A stretch of 64,000 bases of DNA, taken from Nitrosopumilus sp. Lineage in GTDB: Archaea > Thermoproteota > Nitrososphaeria > Nitrososphaerales > Nitrosopumilaceae. The stretch spans positions 1,856,001 through 1,920,000 of the forward strand of contig OZ252243.1 of the NCBI GenBank assembly GCA_965249555.1. The letters run 5' to 3'. Every line of letters begins with the position of its first letter. Positions within the stretch are counted from its first letter, which is position 1. The position numbers were made by a program, and so were the translations under genes. The notes under the pieces were generated by a model, which saw only the letters and a list, made by a program, of their open reading frames with translations, had not been told where the DNA came from and made no database searches. Positions 1 to 10,231 of the stretch are shown here, piece after piece.

Positions 1-1556
1 ATCTAGAATATTTTGTTCATTATGAAGAAGATGAATGGTTAAGAGATTCATCACAAACATGGAAAAACTTTGAAATTGAAACAAGAAAAAAAACAAGACC
101 TTGGAATGGTACAATAATTAAAATCTCAAAATTAAATATTCCATTATACCCAAATCAAACAACCAGATTAAGAAAAAATTTTGGAATAAGATATGGTTCC
201 TACATAAAATCCGAAGAAATATCATTATACATTAACACTAGAGAATGTAAATCAGTAGAACTTCGTATACTTGAAGGAAGTAGAAATAAACTAAACATCG
301 AACTAAATAATGATAAGTTTCTTACAGGTTGGATTGGGCTATTAGAAAAACGTTCGATAAAAGGTGAATATGGAATTCATTTGTATAAAAATAAAAGATT
401 GATTAAAGCATTTGATAAATTTGGAATTCGAAATCATCCAGAAGTGGCAAAAATTACAGGAGAACTACATCTTGATCATGTACCAGTGAATTTTCATAAA
501 ACTGGATTTATTGAAGAATCACTAGAATACAAAGAAGCAGTAAATGCATTTAGAACCTATCCAGAAGTTATTGATGTATTACGAGATTCAATAAGTAAAC
601 CTCCTTCAACTGCTTCAATACAATCAATTTTAAATTATTTTGGAAATGATAAAATCAAAGGAAAAATTCAAACTAGAATGAGTAATACAAATTCTAAAAT
701 ATTATTAAATAAAGCAGAATCTTTTAGTACTCAATATGAATCAAAAAACATTCAATTTGAATTTGAAAATTCCTCAGATGATGAATTATATCATATTTCC
801 AGAATACCAAATGGCTTCAAAATTAGTATAAATCGAAAAAGTCCTATTTTTACAATAATTGGAAATCCTCTATTTTTGATTGGTTTAATCGAATTAGAGG
901 CTAAAACTATCATAAATGAGCCTGGAAAATACACTGATTTTCTAAAAGAAAGAAATGCAGCTTGGAGTCAATTTGTTAAGGATTGGTCTAAAAAACCAGA
1001 AAAAATAGTGAAAAGAAAACCTCAACGCGTAATTCCATTACCTCAATATTCCTTGGTTAGTGAACTTGTAGAATTACATGAATTTTTGAAAGATAAATTT
1101 GAATTTAATTTTCAGTTTACTGCATTAAGCACGCTTACCCCATTCTTACAAAATGCGTATAACAAAATGATCTATAATATTGATACAGTAAGAAATACTG
1201 GACAACTTCTTTATGACTTGATACTTGATTTTGGTGGAATGAAATTTACCGTTCTTCTAAATCCTAAATCTGAAGACATACAAAAAGCGTTAGAATATTC
1301 TGAAAAAACAAAATTTATTGTAATTAGAGAATATTTCAAAATATCAAAAGATACTTGGGCTCCTCCTGATAAAGCATGGGTTGATTTACTCTTAGAAATG
1401 AAAAGAGGCCCATTTTATATTCGTGGTGATGAGTTAGCAAATATTTTAGATTATTTGTTAGAGAATAATCTTACAAATCAACATAGATTAAAAACAATAG
1501 GACGACATAAAAATGCTCTCTATGATATAGAGAAATATTTTGGAGATGTTGATTAG
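1..1556 (+). CDS. 5'-partial GHKL/MORC-like ATPase-family protein with putative AbiEi-like C-terminal domain
   Basis: Frame is open from position 3 (LEYFVHYEED...NGTIIKISKL...GWIGLLEK...GIHLYKNKRLI), so the true start lies upstream of the window. GT-x-I and G-x-x-L-Y-x-N-x-R-L-I motifs are typical of MORC/HATPase_c_3 proteins. The C-terminal APPDKAWVDLL resembles AbiEi C-termini. Confidence 0.6.
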   Translation, partial: LEYFVHYEEDEWLRDSSQTWKNFEIETRKKTRPWNGTIIKISKLNIPLYPNQTTRLRKNFGIRYGSYIKSEEISLYINTRECKSVELRILEGSRNKLNIELNNDKFLTGWIGLLEKRSIKGEYGIHLYKNKRLIKAFDKFGIRNHPEVAKITGELHLDHVPVNFHKTGFIEESLEYKEAVNAFRTYPEVIDVLRDSISKPPSTASIQSILNYFGNDKIKGKIQTRMSNTNSKILLNKAESFSTQYESKNIQFEFENSSDDELYHISRIPNGFKISINRKSPIFTIIGNPLFLIGLIELEAKTIINEPGKYTDFLKERNAAWSQFVKDWSKKPEKIVKRKPQRVIPLPQYSLVSELVELHEFLKDKFEFNFQFTALSTLTPFLQNAYNKMIYNIDTVRNTGQLLYDLILDFGGMKFTVLLNPKSEDIQKALEYSEKTKFIVIREYFKISKDTWAPPDKAWVDLLLEMKRGPFYIRGDELANILDYLLENNLTNQHRLKTIGRHKNALYDIEKYFGDVD

Positions 1557-1558
1557 AT

Positions 1559-2686
1559 ATGTATCATTTTAATGATGAATTACAACAGGATAACATTGAA
1601 AGTATAGCAACAAAAATTGGATTTGCAAATGCAACATATGTTGAAAAATTCATAATGGATTTTGAAATGAATTATCATATTTCACAAGAAATAGATTCTA
1701 TATTGAGAGGTGGTATGTGTGTACCGTTTCATACAAAGTTAGGAGTAAGACGATTAAGTGTAGATATTGATCTGTTTACAGGATTACAAGTAAATGAAAT
1801 TGAAAAGATAATGCAAAAACTAAATGATCGTTTAATTGATATAAAGATTAAACTACATACGCCAACAAATCCTGTCCCTATACCAAATTTAGTATCATAT
1901 TATGTAGAATACAATTCTTGTTTTAGAAAACTTGACACAATAAAAATTGATTATTTGTGTGATATGTCACTACAATTACCTACACAAAATATTACAACCA
2001 CACAAGAAATAATTGAATTTAAAATTGATTACCCTGTAAAAATTTTAACACGTGGTGCACTAATTGGAGATAAAATAACTACTTTGGCACTAGGAAAGAT
2101 TGGTCTAAAACCAAAAATTGGAACTCTTTCAAATGATATCCCAAAACAAGTATACGATATTGCAACATTATTGAAATCAGTTACTGAAAAAGACATAGAA
2201 GAGTCATTAGATGTCTTCATAGATCTTACAACTTTTAAAGTAAAAGTTTTTGATAATGGAATCTATAATATAAAAGAAATACTTGATACAATAAAATCTT
2301 CAATTTCAAGTTTGTTATCATTTGACTCCCAAATAACAAATATTAATGAATATGTAGGCATTTTTGGATCTTTCAAAGGAACGTATCTTAATCGATCACA
2401 GCCATACAAAAAAACTGAACATATTTCAGATATTTTGTTAGTTTGGTTTTATGTTATATTTCTAAAAAAATTCTTCGATAAATCTCTCTCAAAAGATGTG
2501 GTAATAAAAAAAATACATTCTACAATAAAATTATACCAAAACATTATTGAATTTGATGTAGATGACAAACAAAACATGAGCGAAACTCTTCTTAAAGAAA
2601 TGCCTGATCTACCATTCAACAAGAATATTCTTAATCAAACACCTGTTGAACAAATATTTTTAATCAAAGAAATTTGCTCAAATTAA
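1559..2686 (+). CDS. AbiEii/AbiGii-family nucleotidyltransferase (type IV TA toxin)
   Basis: LRGG...RRLSVDIDL, DKITTL and KQVYDI motifs; starts 2 nt after the upstream stop. Confidence 0.85.
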   Translation: MYHFNDELQQDNIESIATKIGFANATYVEKFIMDFEMNYHISQEIDSILRGGMCVPFHTKLGVRRLSVDIDLFTGLQVNEIEKIMQKLNDRLIDIKIKLHTPTNPVPIPNLVSYYVEYNSCFRKLDTIKIDYLCDMSLQLPTQNITTTQEIIEFKIDYPVKILTRGALIGDKITTLALGKIGLKPKIGTLSNDIPKQVYDIATLLKSVTEKDIEESLDVFIDLTTFKVKVFDNGIYNIKEILDTIKSSISSLLSFDSQITNINEYVGIFGSFKGTYLNRSQPYKKTEHISDILLVWFYVIFLKKFFDKSLSKDVVIKKIHSTIKLYQNIIEFDVDDKQNMSETLLKEMPDLPFNKNILNQTPVEQIFLIKEICSN

Positions 2687-2862
2687 AAAATACTGTGTAG
2701 ATTATGATATTTTGTGCCTATTTTGACAATATGAAGTGATGTACTTGGATGATGTCATAGTTCTAAAATAACACTACTATGATTATCTTTTGGTCTGGTC
2801 CCCTCTAGAATGAGAACGCCTGCATACATACACTTTTCAGGAGATCTAGGAGGTTTACGCCC

Positions 2863-3153
2863 ATGGTAAGGAGCAAATTCACACCTGCAGAAAAATCAAG
2901 GATAATCCTTGAATCATTAAACACCAACATTGGAACTGCAGAATTGTGCAGAAAGCACAACATTCATCCGCAGACATTCTACTCTTGGAAAGAAAAGTTT
3001 GTGGATGGAGGTAAATCCGCATTAAACAGAAGATCTGGTGACAATACATGCAAGACATTACAAAAAGAAAATGAGACTCTAAAAAGAATCGTAGGTGAGC
3101 TGACCATCGTCAATGACACTTTTAAAAAAACGTTGGAGGGACACAAAAGATGA
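2863..3153 (+). CDS. IS3 transposase OrfA (HTH)
   Basis: HTH_Tnp_1-like ELCRKHNIHPQTFYSWK; ATGA overlap with orfB; A7 run at 3124-3130. Confidence 0.9.
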   Translation: MVRSKFTPAEKSRIILESLNTNIGTAELCRKHNIHPQTFYSWKEKFVDGGKSALNRRSGDNTCKTLQKENETLKRIVGELTIVNDTFKKTLEGHKR

Positions 3154-3974
3154 TCATTGCAAAGCAACTCACTGCAAAATTGAGTCTGAGAAAATCATTA
3201 TCATACGTCGGGATATCGTACAACAAATGGTACCATACAAAATCACCCCGAAACATTCCGCTAAACAAGACCGTATCCCAAATGGTACAAAAGATTGGAA
3301 ATGCCAGGCCAACATATGGAACCCGTAGGATGGCTGCAGCCACGGCAAGGGAGCTTGGATTGCCCGTAAACAGAAAGCAGATTCGCAGGATATTCCACAA
3401 GCTAGGCTGGATTGCACCTGCAAAGACCAAAAAAGACATCATGGCATCCAAAAAGAAACTTTTCAAACCGACTGCGCCAAACCAGTTGTGGCAGACAGAT
3501 ATGACATATGTCTGGTGTGGAGTTGATGGTTGGTGTTACTGCTTTAATGTCATAGATACATTTAGCAGAAAATGGATTTCATACATATTTGATGTAACTG
3601 CAAGCAAAGATGCTGCAACAGAATCAATCATTCATGCAATTGCAACTTCCAATCCGGATTGTGCCAAACTGATTATACGAACTGACAATGGTTCGCAATA
3701 TGTAAGCCGAAAGTTCAAAGAAGCAATCCTGCTTTTGGGTGCAAGACAGGAATTCATCTGGCACCATACACCACAACAAAATGGTCATGTTGAATCGTTT
3801 CATAAAACGTTAAAGAAGGAATATCTCTGGCCACACGAGTTTGAAAATTTCCAATCAGCACAAGTAAGAATTACCAAGGCATTTGAGGATTACAACGATT
3901 CCAGGATTCACTCTGCACTTGGATACATCACGCCAGATGAATTTCTGGAAAAATGGGAGATGAGACATAAATGA
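3150..3974 (+). CDS. IS3 transposase OrfB (rve integrase core)
   Basis: WQTDMTY, RTDNGSQY, PQQNGHVESFHKTLKKE DDE motifs. Confidence 0.95.
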   Translation: MIIAKQLTAKLSLRKSLSYVGISYNKWYHTKSPRNIPLNKTVSQMVQKIGNARPTYGTRRMAAATARELGLPVNRKQIRRIFHKLGWIAPAKTKKDIMASKKKLFKPTAPNQLWQTDMTYVWCGVDGWCYCFNVIDTFSRKWISYIFDVTASKDAATESIIHAIATSNPDCAKLIIRTDNGSQYVSRKFKEAILLLGARQEFIWHHTPQQNGHVESFHKTLKKEYLWPHEFENFQSAQVRITKAFEDYNDSRIHSALGYITPDEFLEKWEMRHK

Positions 3975-4079
3975 GGGTAATGGTATGTAAAATTATGCAA
4001 AAAGTGTTCTCATTTAGTGGGGTCCACTCCACTAAAGTGCTTGATACATACTAAAAAATGATAAGATCTTTATCAAACT

Positions 4080-4319
4080 ATGAGTGCAAATACTATCAGA
4101 AAGGCAAAGAAACTTGTTGAAAGTGGTGGTGTGGTTAAAATCGAAGATGATCTATTTCAAATAAAATCTTCATCTGATCCTGACAAATCTTATTTTGTAA
4201 CATCTGATACCTGTGAATGTCCTGGATTCAAAAATTTTTACAAATTTCATCATGGTAAGGGACTCAAGGCAAACTGCTCTCACTTGGAAGCACTCAGAAT
4301 CTTCAAACAAGAAAATTAA
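4080..4319 (+). CDS. Small SWIM zinc-finger protein
   Basis: CECPGF...CSH (CxC...CxH) motif. Confidence 0.75.
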   Translation: MSANTIRKAKKLVESGGVVKIEDDLFQIKSSSDPDKSYFVTSDTCECPGFKNFYKFHHGKGLKANCSHLEALRIFKQEN

Positions 4320-4510
4320 TCTCAGATTATTTTAGATTTTTTACATTCATCTTTCCAACAAATGCTTTGTTTTTTGTAATTACAATGGGACGCAAGATTA
4401 ATTCTGGGTATTTTGTCATCAATTTGATTAACTGAGCGTGGTCTGGTCCCCTCTAGAATGAGAACGCCTGCATACATACACTTTTCAGGAGATCTAGGAG
4501 ATTCACACTC

Positions 4511-4801
4511 ATGGTAAAGAACAAATTCACACCTGCAGAAAAATCAAGGATAATCCTTGAATCATTAAACACCAACATTGGAACTGCAGAATTGTGCAGA
4601 AAGTACAATATTCATCCGCAGACATTCTACTCTTGGAAAGAAAAGTTTGTGGATGGAGGCAAATCCGCATTAAACAGCAGATCTGGTGACAATACATGCA
4701 AGACATTACAAAAAGAAAATGAGACTCTAAAAAGAATCGTAGGTGAGCTGACCATCGTCAATGACACTTTTAAAAAAACGTTGGAGGGACACAAAAGATG
4801 A
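4511..4801 (+). CDS. IS3 transposase OrfA
   Basis: Near-identical to 2863-3153. Confidence 0.9.
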   Translation: MVKNKFTPAEKSRIILESLNTNIGTAELCRKYNIHPQTFYSWKEKFVDGGKSALNSRSGDNTCKTLQKENETLKRIVGELTIVNDTFKKTLEGHKR

Positions 4802-5622
4802 TCATTGCAAAGCAGCTCACTGCAAAATTGAGTCTGAGAAAATCATTATCATACGTTGGGATATCGCACAACAAATGGTACCATACAAAATCACCCCGAA
4901 ACATTCCACTAAACAAGACCGTATCCCAAATGGTCCAAAAGATTGGAAATGCCAGGCCAACATATGGAACCCGTAGGATGGCTGCAGCCACAGCAAGGGA
5001 GCTTGGATTGCCTGTAAACAGAAAGCAGATTCGCAGAATATTCCACAAGCTAGGCTGGATTGCACCTGCAAAGACCAAAAAAGACATCATGGCATCCAAA
5101 AAGAAACTTTTCAAACCGACTGCGCCAAACCAGTTGTGGCAGACAGATATGACATATGTCTGGTGTGGGGTTGACAGTTGGTGTTACTGCTTTAATGTCA
5201 TAGATACATTTAGCAGAAAATGGATTTCATACACATTTGATGTAACTGCAAGCAAAGATGCTGCAACAGAATCAATCATTCATGCAATTGCAACTTCCAA
5301 TCCGGATTGTGCCAAACTGATTATACGGACTGACAATGGTTCGCAATATGTAAGCCGAAAGTTCAAAGAAGCAATCCTGCTTTTGGGTGCAAGACAGGAA
5401 TTCATCTGGCACCATACACCACAACAAAATGGTCATGTCGAATCGTTTCATAAAACGTTAAAGAAGGAATATCTCTGGCCACACGAGTTTGAAAATTTCC
5501 AATCAGCACAAGTAAGAATTGCCAAGGCATTTGAGGATTACAACGATTCCAGGATTCACTCTGCACTTGGATACATCACGCCAGATGAATTTCTGGAAAA
5601 ATGGGAGATGAGACATAAATGA
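4798..5622 (+). CDS. IS3 transposase OrfB
   Basis: Near-identical to 3150-3974. Confidence 0.95.
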   Translation: MIIAKQLTAKLSLRKSLSYVGISHNKWYHTKSPRNIPLNKTVSQMVQKIGNARPTYGTRRMAAATARELGLPVNRKQIRRIFHKLGWIAPAKTKKDIMASKKKLFKPTAPNQLWQTDMTYVWCGVDSWCYCFNVIDTFSRKWISYTFDVTASKDAATESIIHAIATSNPDCAKLIIRTDNGSQYVSRKFKEAILLLGARQEFIWHHTPQQNGHVESFHKTLKKEYLWPHEFENFQSAQVRIAKAFEDYNDSRIHSALGYITPDEFLEKWEMRHK

Positions 5623-5962
5623 GGGTAATGGTATGTAAAATTATGCAAAAAGTGTTCTCATTTAGTGGGGTCCACTCCAAGCGTCGGTTTTTTTACTATT
5701 CTCCAAGTCTAGTTCTTTGTACATTTTGTCTCTTTTTCTGAGAAGTTCCAATGGTCTTTTTCCTGTCATTTTGATGATCTTTTTTAATTCTGTTTCTGAA
5801 AATGGATCTTTGAAAAAGTCTCTTTTTTCAACATCTGCATTCATTCTCTCTATCTCTGTGATTGCTTTTTTACATGTAATGCATGTTGATTTATGATATA
5901 TCTTCAATTCATTTTTAGTGTCTGAAATGGATTAAAAATTGTTTAGAAAATAAAAAATGCTG

Positions 5963-6130
5963 CTATGCACAGCAGATGGTTTTTTTGAAATCTTCCGAAT
6001 TTCTTTGAAAATCACACTCTTTACATACTTGCCAGCTTCTTTTCTTAAGAATTGTAAATGCTGACTCGTAACTTACAGAATACATTTTTCCGCCACAAGA
6101 TGGGCAGGATAATGGAATATCTATTTTCAT
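5963..6130 (-). CDS. Small zinc-ribbon protein (55 aa, not in ORF track)
   Basis: MKIDIPLSCPSCGGKMY...VCKECDF...; two CxxC motifs. Confidence 0.65.
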   Translation of the reverse strand: MKIDIPLSCPSCGGKMYSVSYESAFTILKKRSWQVCKECDFQRNSEDFKKTICCA

Positions 6131-6187
6131 CAAATTATGTTATGTGATTTTGAATATAAGGCGCGCGTAGAATTTATCAATCGTTCA

Positions 6188-7105
6188 TTACTTTTCTGAA
6201 TTATCTTCATCTTGATTATCCGCTCGGTCTTCTGATTTTTCATCTAGACTCTCTTGATTGAATTGCTCAAGCATTTCTTTTGGAATTGAAATCATGTCGA
6301 GAAACACTTGTCTTGCTTCTTCAAATGTTCCACCATTAGCAATGATTTCATCTCTGATTTTCTGTGCCTCTTCAAATATATTCTTTGTAAAGTTGAGTTG
6401 GCTTGCAACCTGGTCTTTAATCTCTGGATTAAGACTGTTAATGTAACTATCATACTGGTATCCTCCATATGTTCCAGCACCTGGATTGGATTCATCAATG
6501 GCTTGATTTCTTAGTTCTTTTGCAATATTTCTTTGCTGTTCTAGATAAATTTGATCTTCCATGTCCTCTTCACTTTCTTTCTCTTGTAACGTTAATTCAT
6601 CAAGTAATGCCTGATAGTATCGGAACAGAGTTTGCCCAATTGGGTTTTTCTCAAAATCACTTTCTTGCGAGTCTAAATATTTTTTTGCTTCATCTGTGGA
6701 TAATTTATCCTGTAATGTAGACACTAGAGTTAAATCTCCTTTTACTTGGAATTCTGTACTTGCTAATCCTGTCATTCCATCCAATGATGCAATTACATTA
6801 ACTTTGTATGTTCCTGGAATTCCTTGAAAATCTTTGAATGTTACCCAAAATTCTCCGTTTGAATTAGTAAATACTTGAGTGGTATCCGTTCCCGTTCTTA
6901 TGAATACTTCTGCATGGCTTATTGGCTTGTATGCATGATCAACTACTTTGCCTGAAACCCCTACATTCTCTCCTGGATAAATGACTCCTTTTGGCACATT
7001 CACATCAATAAGTAATTTCCACAATTCTGCTTCTGAAGTTGGAATGAATGGAAATATCATCAATAATGAGACTAATCCTATTGCTATAGCCTTGTTACTG
7101 AACAT
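6188..7105 (-). CDS. Secreted hypothetical protein with Ig-like/carboxypeptidase-regulatory-like N-terminal domain
   Basis: Signal peptide; SGKVVD...PI..A.V.I...TNSNGEF pattern. Confidence 0.65.
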   Translation of the reverse strand: MFSNKAIAIGLVSLLMIFPFIPTSEAELWKLLIDVNVPKGVIYPGENVGVSGKVVDHAYKPISHAEVFIRTGTDTTQVFTNSNGEFWVTFKDFQGIPGTYKVNVIASLDGMTGLASTEFQVKGDLTLVSTLQDKLSTDEAKKYLDSQESDFEKNPIGQTLFRYYQALLDELTLQEKESEEDMEDQIYLEQQRNIAKELRNQAIDESNPGAGTYGGYQYDSYINSLNPEIKDQVASQLNFTKNIFEEAQKIRDEIIANGGTFEEARQVFLDMISIPKEMLEQFNQESLDEKSEDRADNQDEDNSEK

Positions 7106-7884
7106 ATTGCATTCTTTTGATTTTTGTTGTTAAGACAAAGTATGAAGAAAAATTTGCTATTTTTCAATTTTATTTGAGTAATTTTATCCATTTTGATGCT
7201 TGAAATTCGTCATATCTTAAATCCCAACTAACTCTTAAACACCCAAATTCATCTAATCTTAAATCATGGATTTAGAAAAATTTCGTAATGATGTCTATGA
7301 AATGACTGAAAATTTGTCAAAAAATCTTAAAGAAAATGATATGCCAAAACTCAACTACGTTTGTCAACAATTAATTGAAATGTACAAAAAAATCTGGTAA
7401 AAATCAACCATTCTATCTTGGAATTGATTTGTGCAAGTAATCTTATTTCCAGAGGTTATGCTGTAGACGTTGAAAAAGGTGTTTAGTACATGATTTTCAA
7501 TGATTTGATTTTACATAATAGTTATGATTTGTTCCCAGATTTACTTTCTTTTCAAATAATCAGAAAATATCCCATCTGTCATTAATCTCTATCAAAATAC
7601 CCACGCTTATCCTAAGAATCCGTTCCTACAGCTTAAATTTATATTCATTTTTAAGCTAAGCTAGTTTTCATAATTGTTTCAGGCATGACAATAAAACTCT
7701 AATTCTAAACTTGTTTATCGGGTACATACACGCCAAAATTTAATTTTTGTCAGATTTTTTATTAAAAAACTAGGTGTGATAATAAAACCATAAGATGAGG
7801 TCTCAATTAAAAGAATTATATTCATTTTTAAGCAAAGCTGATTTATAAAAAAATAAAATTTTGAAATAATTAAAAAAATAAAAT

Positions 7885-8106
7885 TTATCTTAATTTCTCT
7901 TGTTCTTTTACATAATCAGAATTATTAAATAAATTATCAAAATCAGGATTTAAAGAACATTGCTCAATAGCATTAACTTTATTTTCATCTCTATTTGAGG
8001 CTAGATAATACAAGCCAACAAAGAATAAAAACACAATGCCAACAGGTAAGACCACAATTAGAAACAAGCCAGATAACAAAGCTAGTAAATAAAATCTAGT
8101 TTTCAA
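7885..8106 (-). CDS. Small membrane protein
   Basis: Long N-terminal hydrophobic segment. Confidence 0.45.
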   Translation of the reverse strand: MKTRFYLLALLSGLFLIVVLPVGIVFLFFVGLYYLASNRDENKVNAIEQCSLNPDFDNLFNNSDYVKEQEKLR

Positions 8107-8130
8107 TGTATTTTTAGAGTAATATCATGG

Positions 8131-8233
8131 TATTATAAAATTACTATTCTATTATAAAATTACTATTCTATTATAAAATTACTATTCTATTATAAAATTA
8201 CTATTCTATTATAAAATTACTATTCTATTATAA
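8131..8233. repeat. 19-bp tandem repeat TATTATAAAATTACTATTC x5.4
   Basis: Five perfect copies plus a partial copy. Confidence 0.95.
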
Positions 8234-8318
8234 TTATTAATGTTTTATTCATATACAAATACTTTAGACTATAATTGAAAAAATAAATTTTCCCGAAAAA
8301 TTAGGAATTATTTCAACA

Positions 8319-8600
8319 GTGCTAATTATTCCGTTCTTGTTTGTATTTGTGTTTATAGAACCAGATCATTATAACTCAAGATGGGCAATGCTAATTTTTT
8401 CCCTTTTTAATGCTATCAGTATTCCTTTTATTTACGACTATATACAGCAACACAGAAAATTAAAAAGAGTTAAGGGATTTTGGAGAGAGCAATTAAGATT
8501 AATTGAGAGATCAAACAGTAGACTAGATACAAGAGAAGTTTTAAAAGATTTAATGTCTATTGAAGGATATGTTAGAGCCACATATAACGAACGTAATTGA
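8319..8600 (+). CDS. Small membrane protein (stop codon overlaps the IS end)
   Basis: Two hydrophobic segments. Confidence 0.45.
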   Translation: MLIIPFLFVFVFIEPDHYNSRWAMLIFSLFNAISIPFIYDYIQQHRKLKRVKGFWREQLRLIERSNSRLDTREVLKDLMSIEGYVRATYNERN

Positions 8601-8836
8601 GACTTGGGCATAATCAATTCTCATTTTTAACCGATTTCTCAAATTATTCAAATAGAAAAAGCAAAGGATCTCATCATGTTTTGTTCATTGGAATGATTAC
8701 AAAACAAATAAAAATCCCTAGCAAGATTCTATGTGAGTCATTTCTTATCGGTGTTTTGTATCTGGCGGGAACATTATCTGTATGAGAATGCAGTGAGACG
8801 GGGACGGCCATATGTCTATTCAACTGTTCTGATGGT
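8599..8836 (+). mobile_element. Left-end fragment of IS5-like element
   Basis: GAGACTTGGGCATAAT end plus the transposase 5' region, homologous to 11615-11850; preceded by ACGTAATT. Confidence 0.85.
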
Positions 8837-8843
8837 GTAATTA

Positions 8844-9906
8844 TATAGCGACGATCAAAAGTTCGTGAACATCCTTGCAGGATTTCTAAAAATATAATTA
8901 ACAACATCAAGTTTGAATTTTTTTGTTCCAAAGTATTGTGACACTGCATTATTCATTATTGTAAACATTGCATAATATTCTGATACCAACAACACATGCT
9001 TATTTTCCAACACTGCTCTATCATGTTTAGATATGGTGGGTCCTTTTGGTAGCCAAATCAGTTTGACATCTAGATTATCTGTCAAAAAGTCCCTGATCTT
9101 CTTTGATTTGTGCACTGTTGCCCTGTCAAGTATCAACACAATTTTACCATATTTGTAGTGCAACTCAGATATTCTACAAATGTTATGCCGTTGAATTTTT
9201 TATAAATTCTAAACAGTTGGTCTCCATTGATTGTAATTGTTCCATATACTGCCAAACTTTCATGGTTTCCCACATATGGGAGAAATATTCTTTTGGCAAC
9301 TGGTGGGCAATATTTTCGTCCTGCTTTTACATCCCTAACAAAGAATGCCTCATCAAGCATTGCAATGGTGAATCCACTCTTTTTTAGGTGTGCAATTCTC
9401 TTTTTCATGCGTTGCTGCCCAGCTGCGCACAGCTGTTACACTTGCATGATTGATGTGATATTTTTGTGCAGTTTTAGCAGACATTCCATACTGGCGCATT
9501 ATTTTTCTGACATGTGTTATGTGAAATTTTATTCCAGTAGAATCAAATATTGTCTGCTGCAGCATTACAGGTGTAAATGGTGTCAACATAATTTTGAGCA
9601 TGATAGAATCCATTTGCTTCTTTGGGATTACACATGGTCTTCCACTCCGGGGGTGATCGTAGAGGCCATCTACGTTAAAACGATCAACCCATTTGCGTAC
9701 CCAGTTTGTACAGCGGTGTACTCTAATTCCTTGCCATCTTTGAGAACCATTAGTACTGCAAGCATCCTGACTATATCTTTGGAGTTTTCCTTTTTGTATG
9801 CTGCTTCAAGCTGTTCTAACTTGTTCATGTGTTTCATTGTGTGTGGTGATCAAAAAGTGTTTTGTTTTGATGATTTTTAGTTCACGAACTTTGACTCTTC
9901 GCTATA
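8844..9906 (-). mobile_element. Degenerate IS630-family element
   Basis: TIRs TATAGCGA..CAAAAGTTCGTGAA / TTCACGAACTTTG..TCGCTATA with TA ends; frameshifted ORFs containing MLDEA, ILDRATVHKS and WLPK motifs. Confidence 0.85.
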
Positions 9907-10075
9907 CTAGGAAAATTAGCTATAAAACTAACTTAATCACAAAAGCTGATGAGATTTTACTTTCAAATTCTTAGGATCAGTTTTAATATGAATGGAATTT
10001 GTTAAAAAATGTTAATTACTATATATGTTCATAATAATGATATAGTGTATATACCAATACAATTAATGATGGAAT

Positions 10076-10222
10076 ATGATGACTGATAAAGAAATTCAAG
10101 ATACATTCAAACTACTCGGAATTTCAGAAAAAAGATCAGAGCAAGAATTAAATTTATATAGATTTATTGATAAAAAACCACTAAGCGTAAAATTTCAAAC
10201 TACGACATCTGTAAAAACATAA
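10076..10222 (+). CDS. Small hypothetical protein (48 aa) upstream of the peptidase
   Basis: MMTDKEIQDTFKLLGISEKRSEQ...; ends 9 nt before the peptidase start. Confidence 0.5.
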   Translation: MMTDKEIQDTFKLLGISEKRSEQELNLYRFIDKKPLSVKFQTTTSVKT

Positions 10223-10231
10223 TGAATCTCT

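Larger units (their letters stand above)
2791..4031 (+). mobile_element. IS3-family element, copy 1
   Basis: TG...CA ends; imperfect TIRs TGGTCTGGTCCCCTCTAGAATGAGAAC / GTTCTCATTTAGTGGGGTCCACTCCA; orfA+orfB; flanks CTTT / CTAA (no TSD). Confidence 0.95.
4439..5679 (+). mobile_element. IS3-family element, copy 2
   Basis: Same TIRs; 4-bp TSD AGCG (4435-4438 / 5680-5683); orfA 4511-4801, orfB 4798-5622. Confidence 0.95.
4327..5907 (-). pseudogene. ArsC/Spx-family (arsenate reductase-like) gene split by IS3 copy 2
   Basis: 5' part 5680-5907 (STCITCKKA...) rejoins in frame across the AGCG TSD to 4327-4438 (AQLIKLMTKYPELILRPIVI...). Confidence 0.9.

Noticed and set aside
3113-3466. Alternative-frame and antisense ORFs within the IS3 copies (also at 4761-5114 and 45482-45969)
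   Set aside because: They are shadow ORFs, conserved only because the IS is duplicated.
7480-7500. Tn7-like end (TGT...) or integron attC site
   Set aside because: The other junction has no inverted ...ACA end, no repeated TnsB-type sites are visible, and there is no RYYYAAC/GTTRRRY palindrome.
9227-9880. 217-aa plus-strand ORF
   Set aside because: It is the antisense shadow of the degenerate IS630 transposase.
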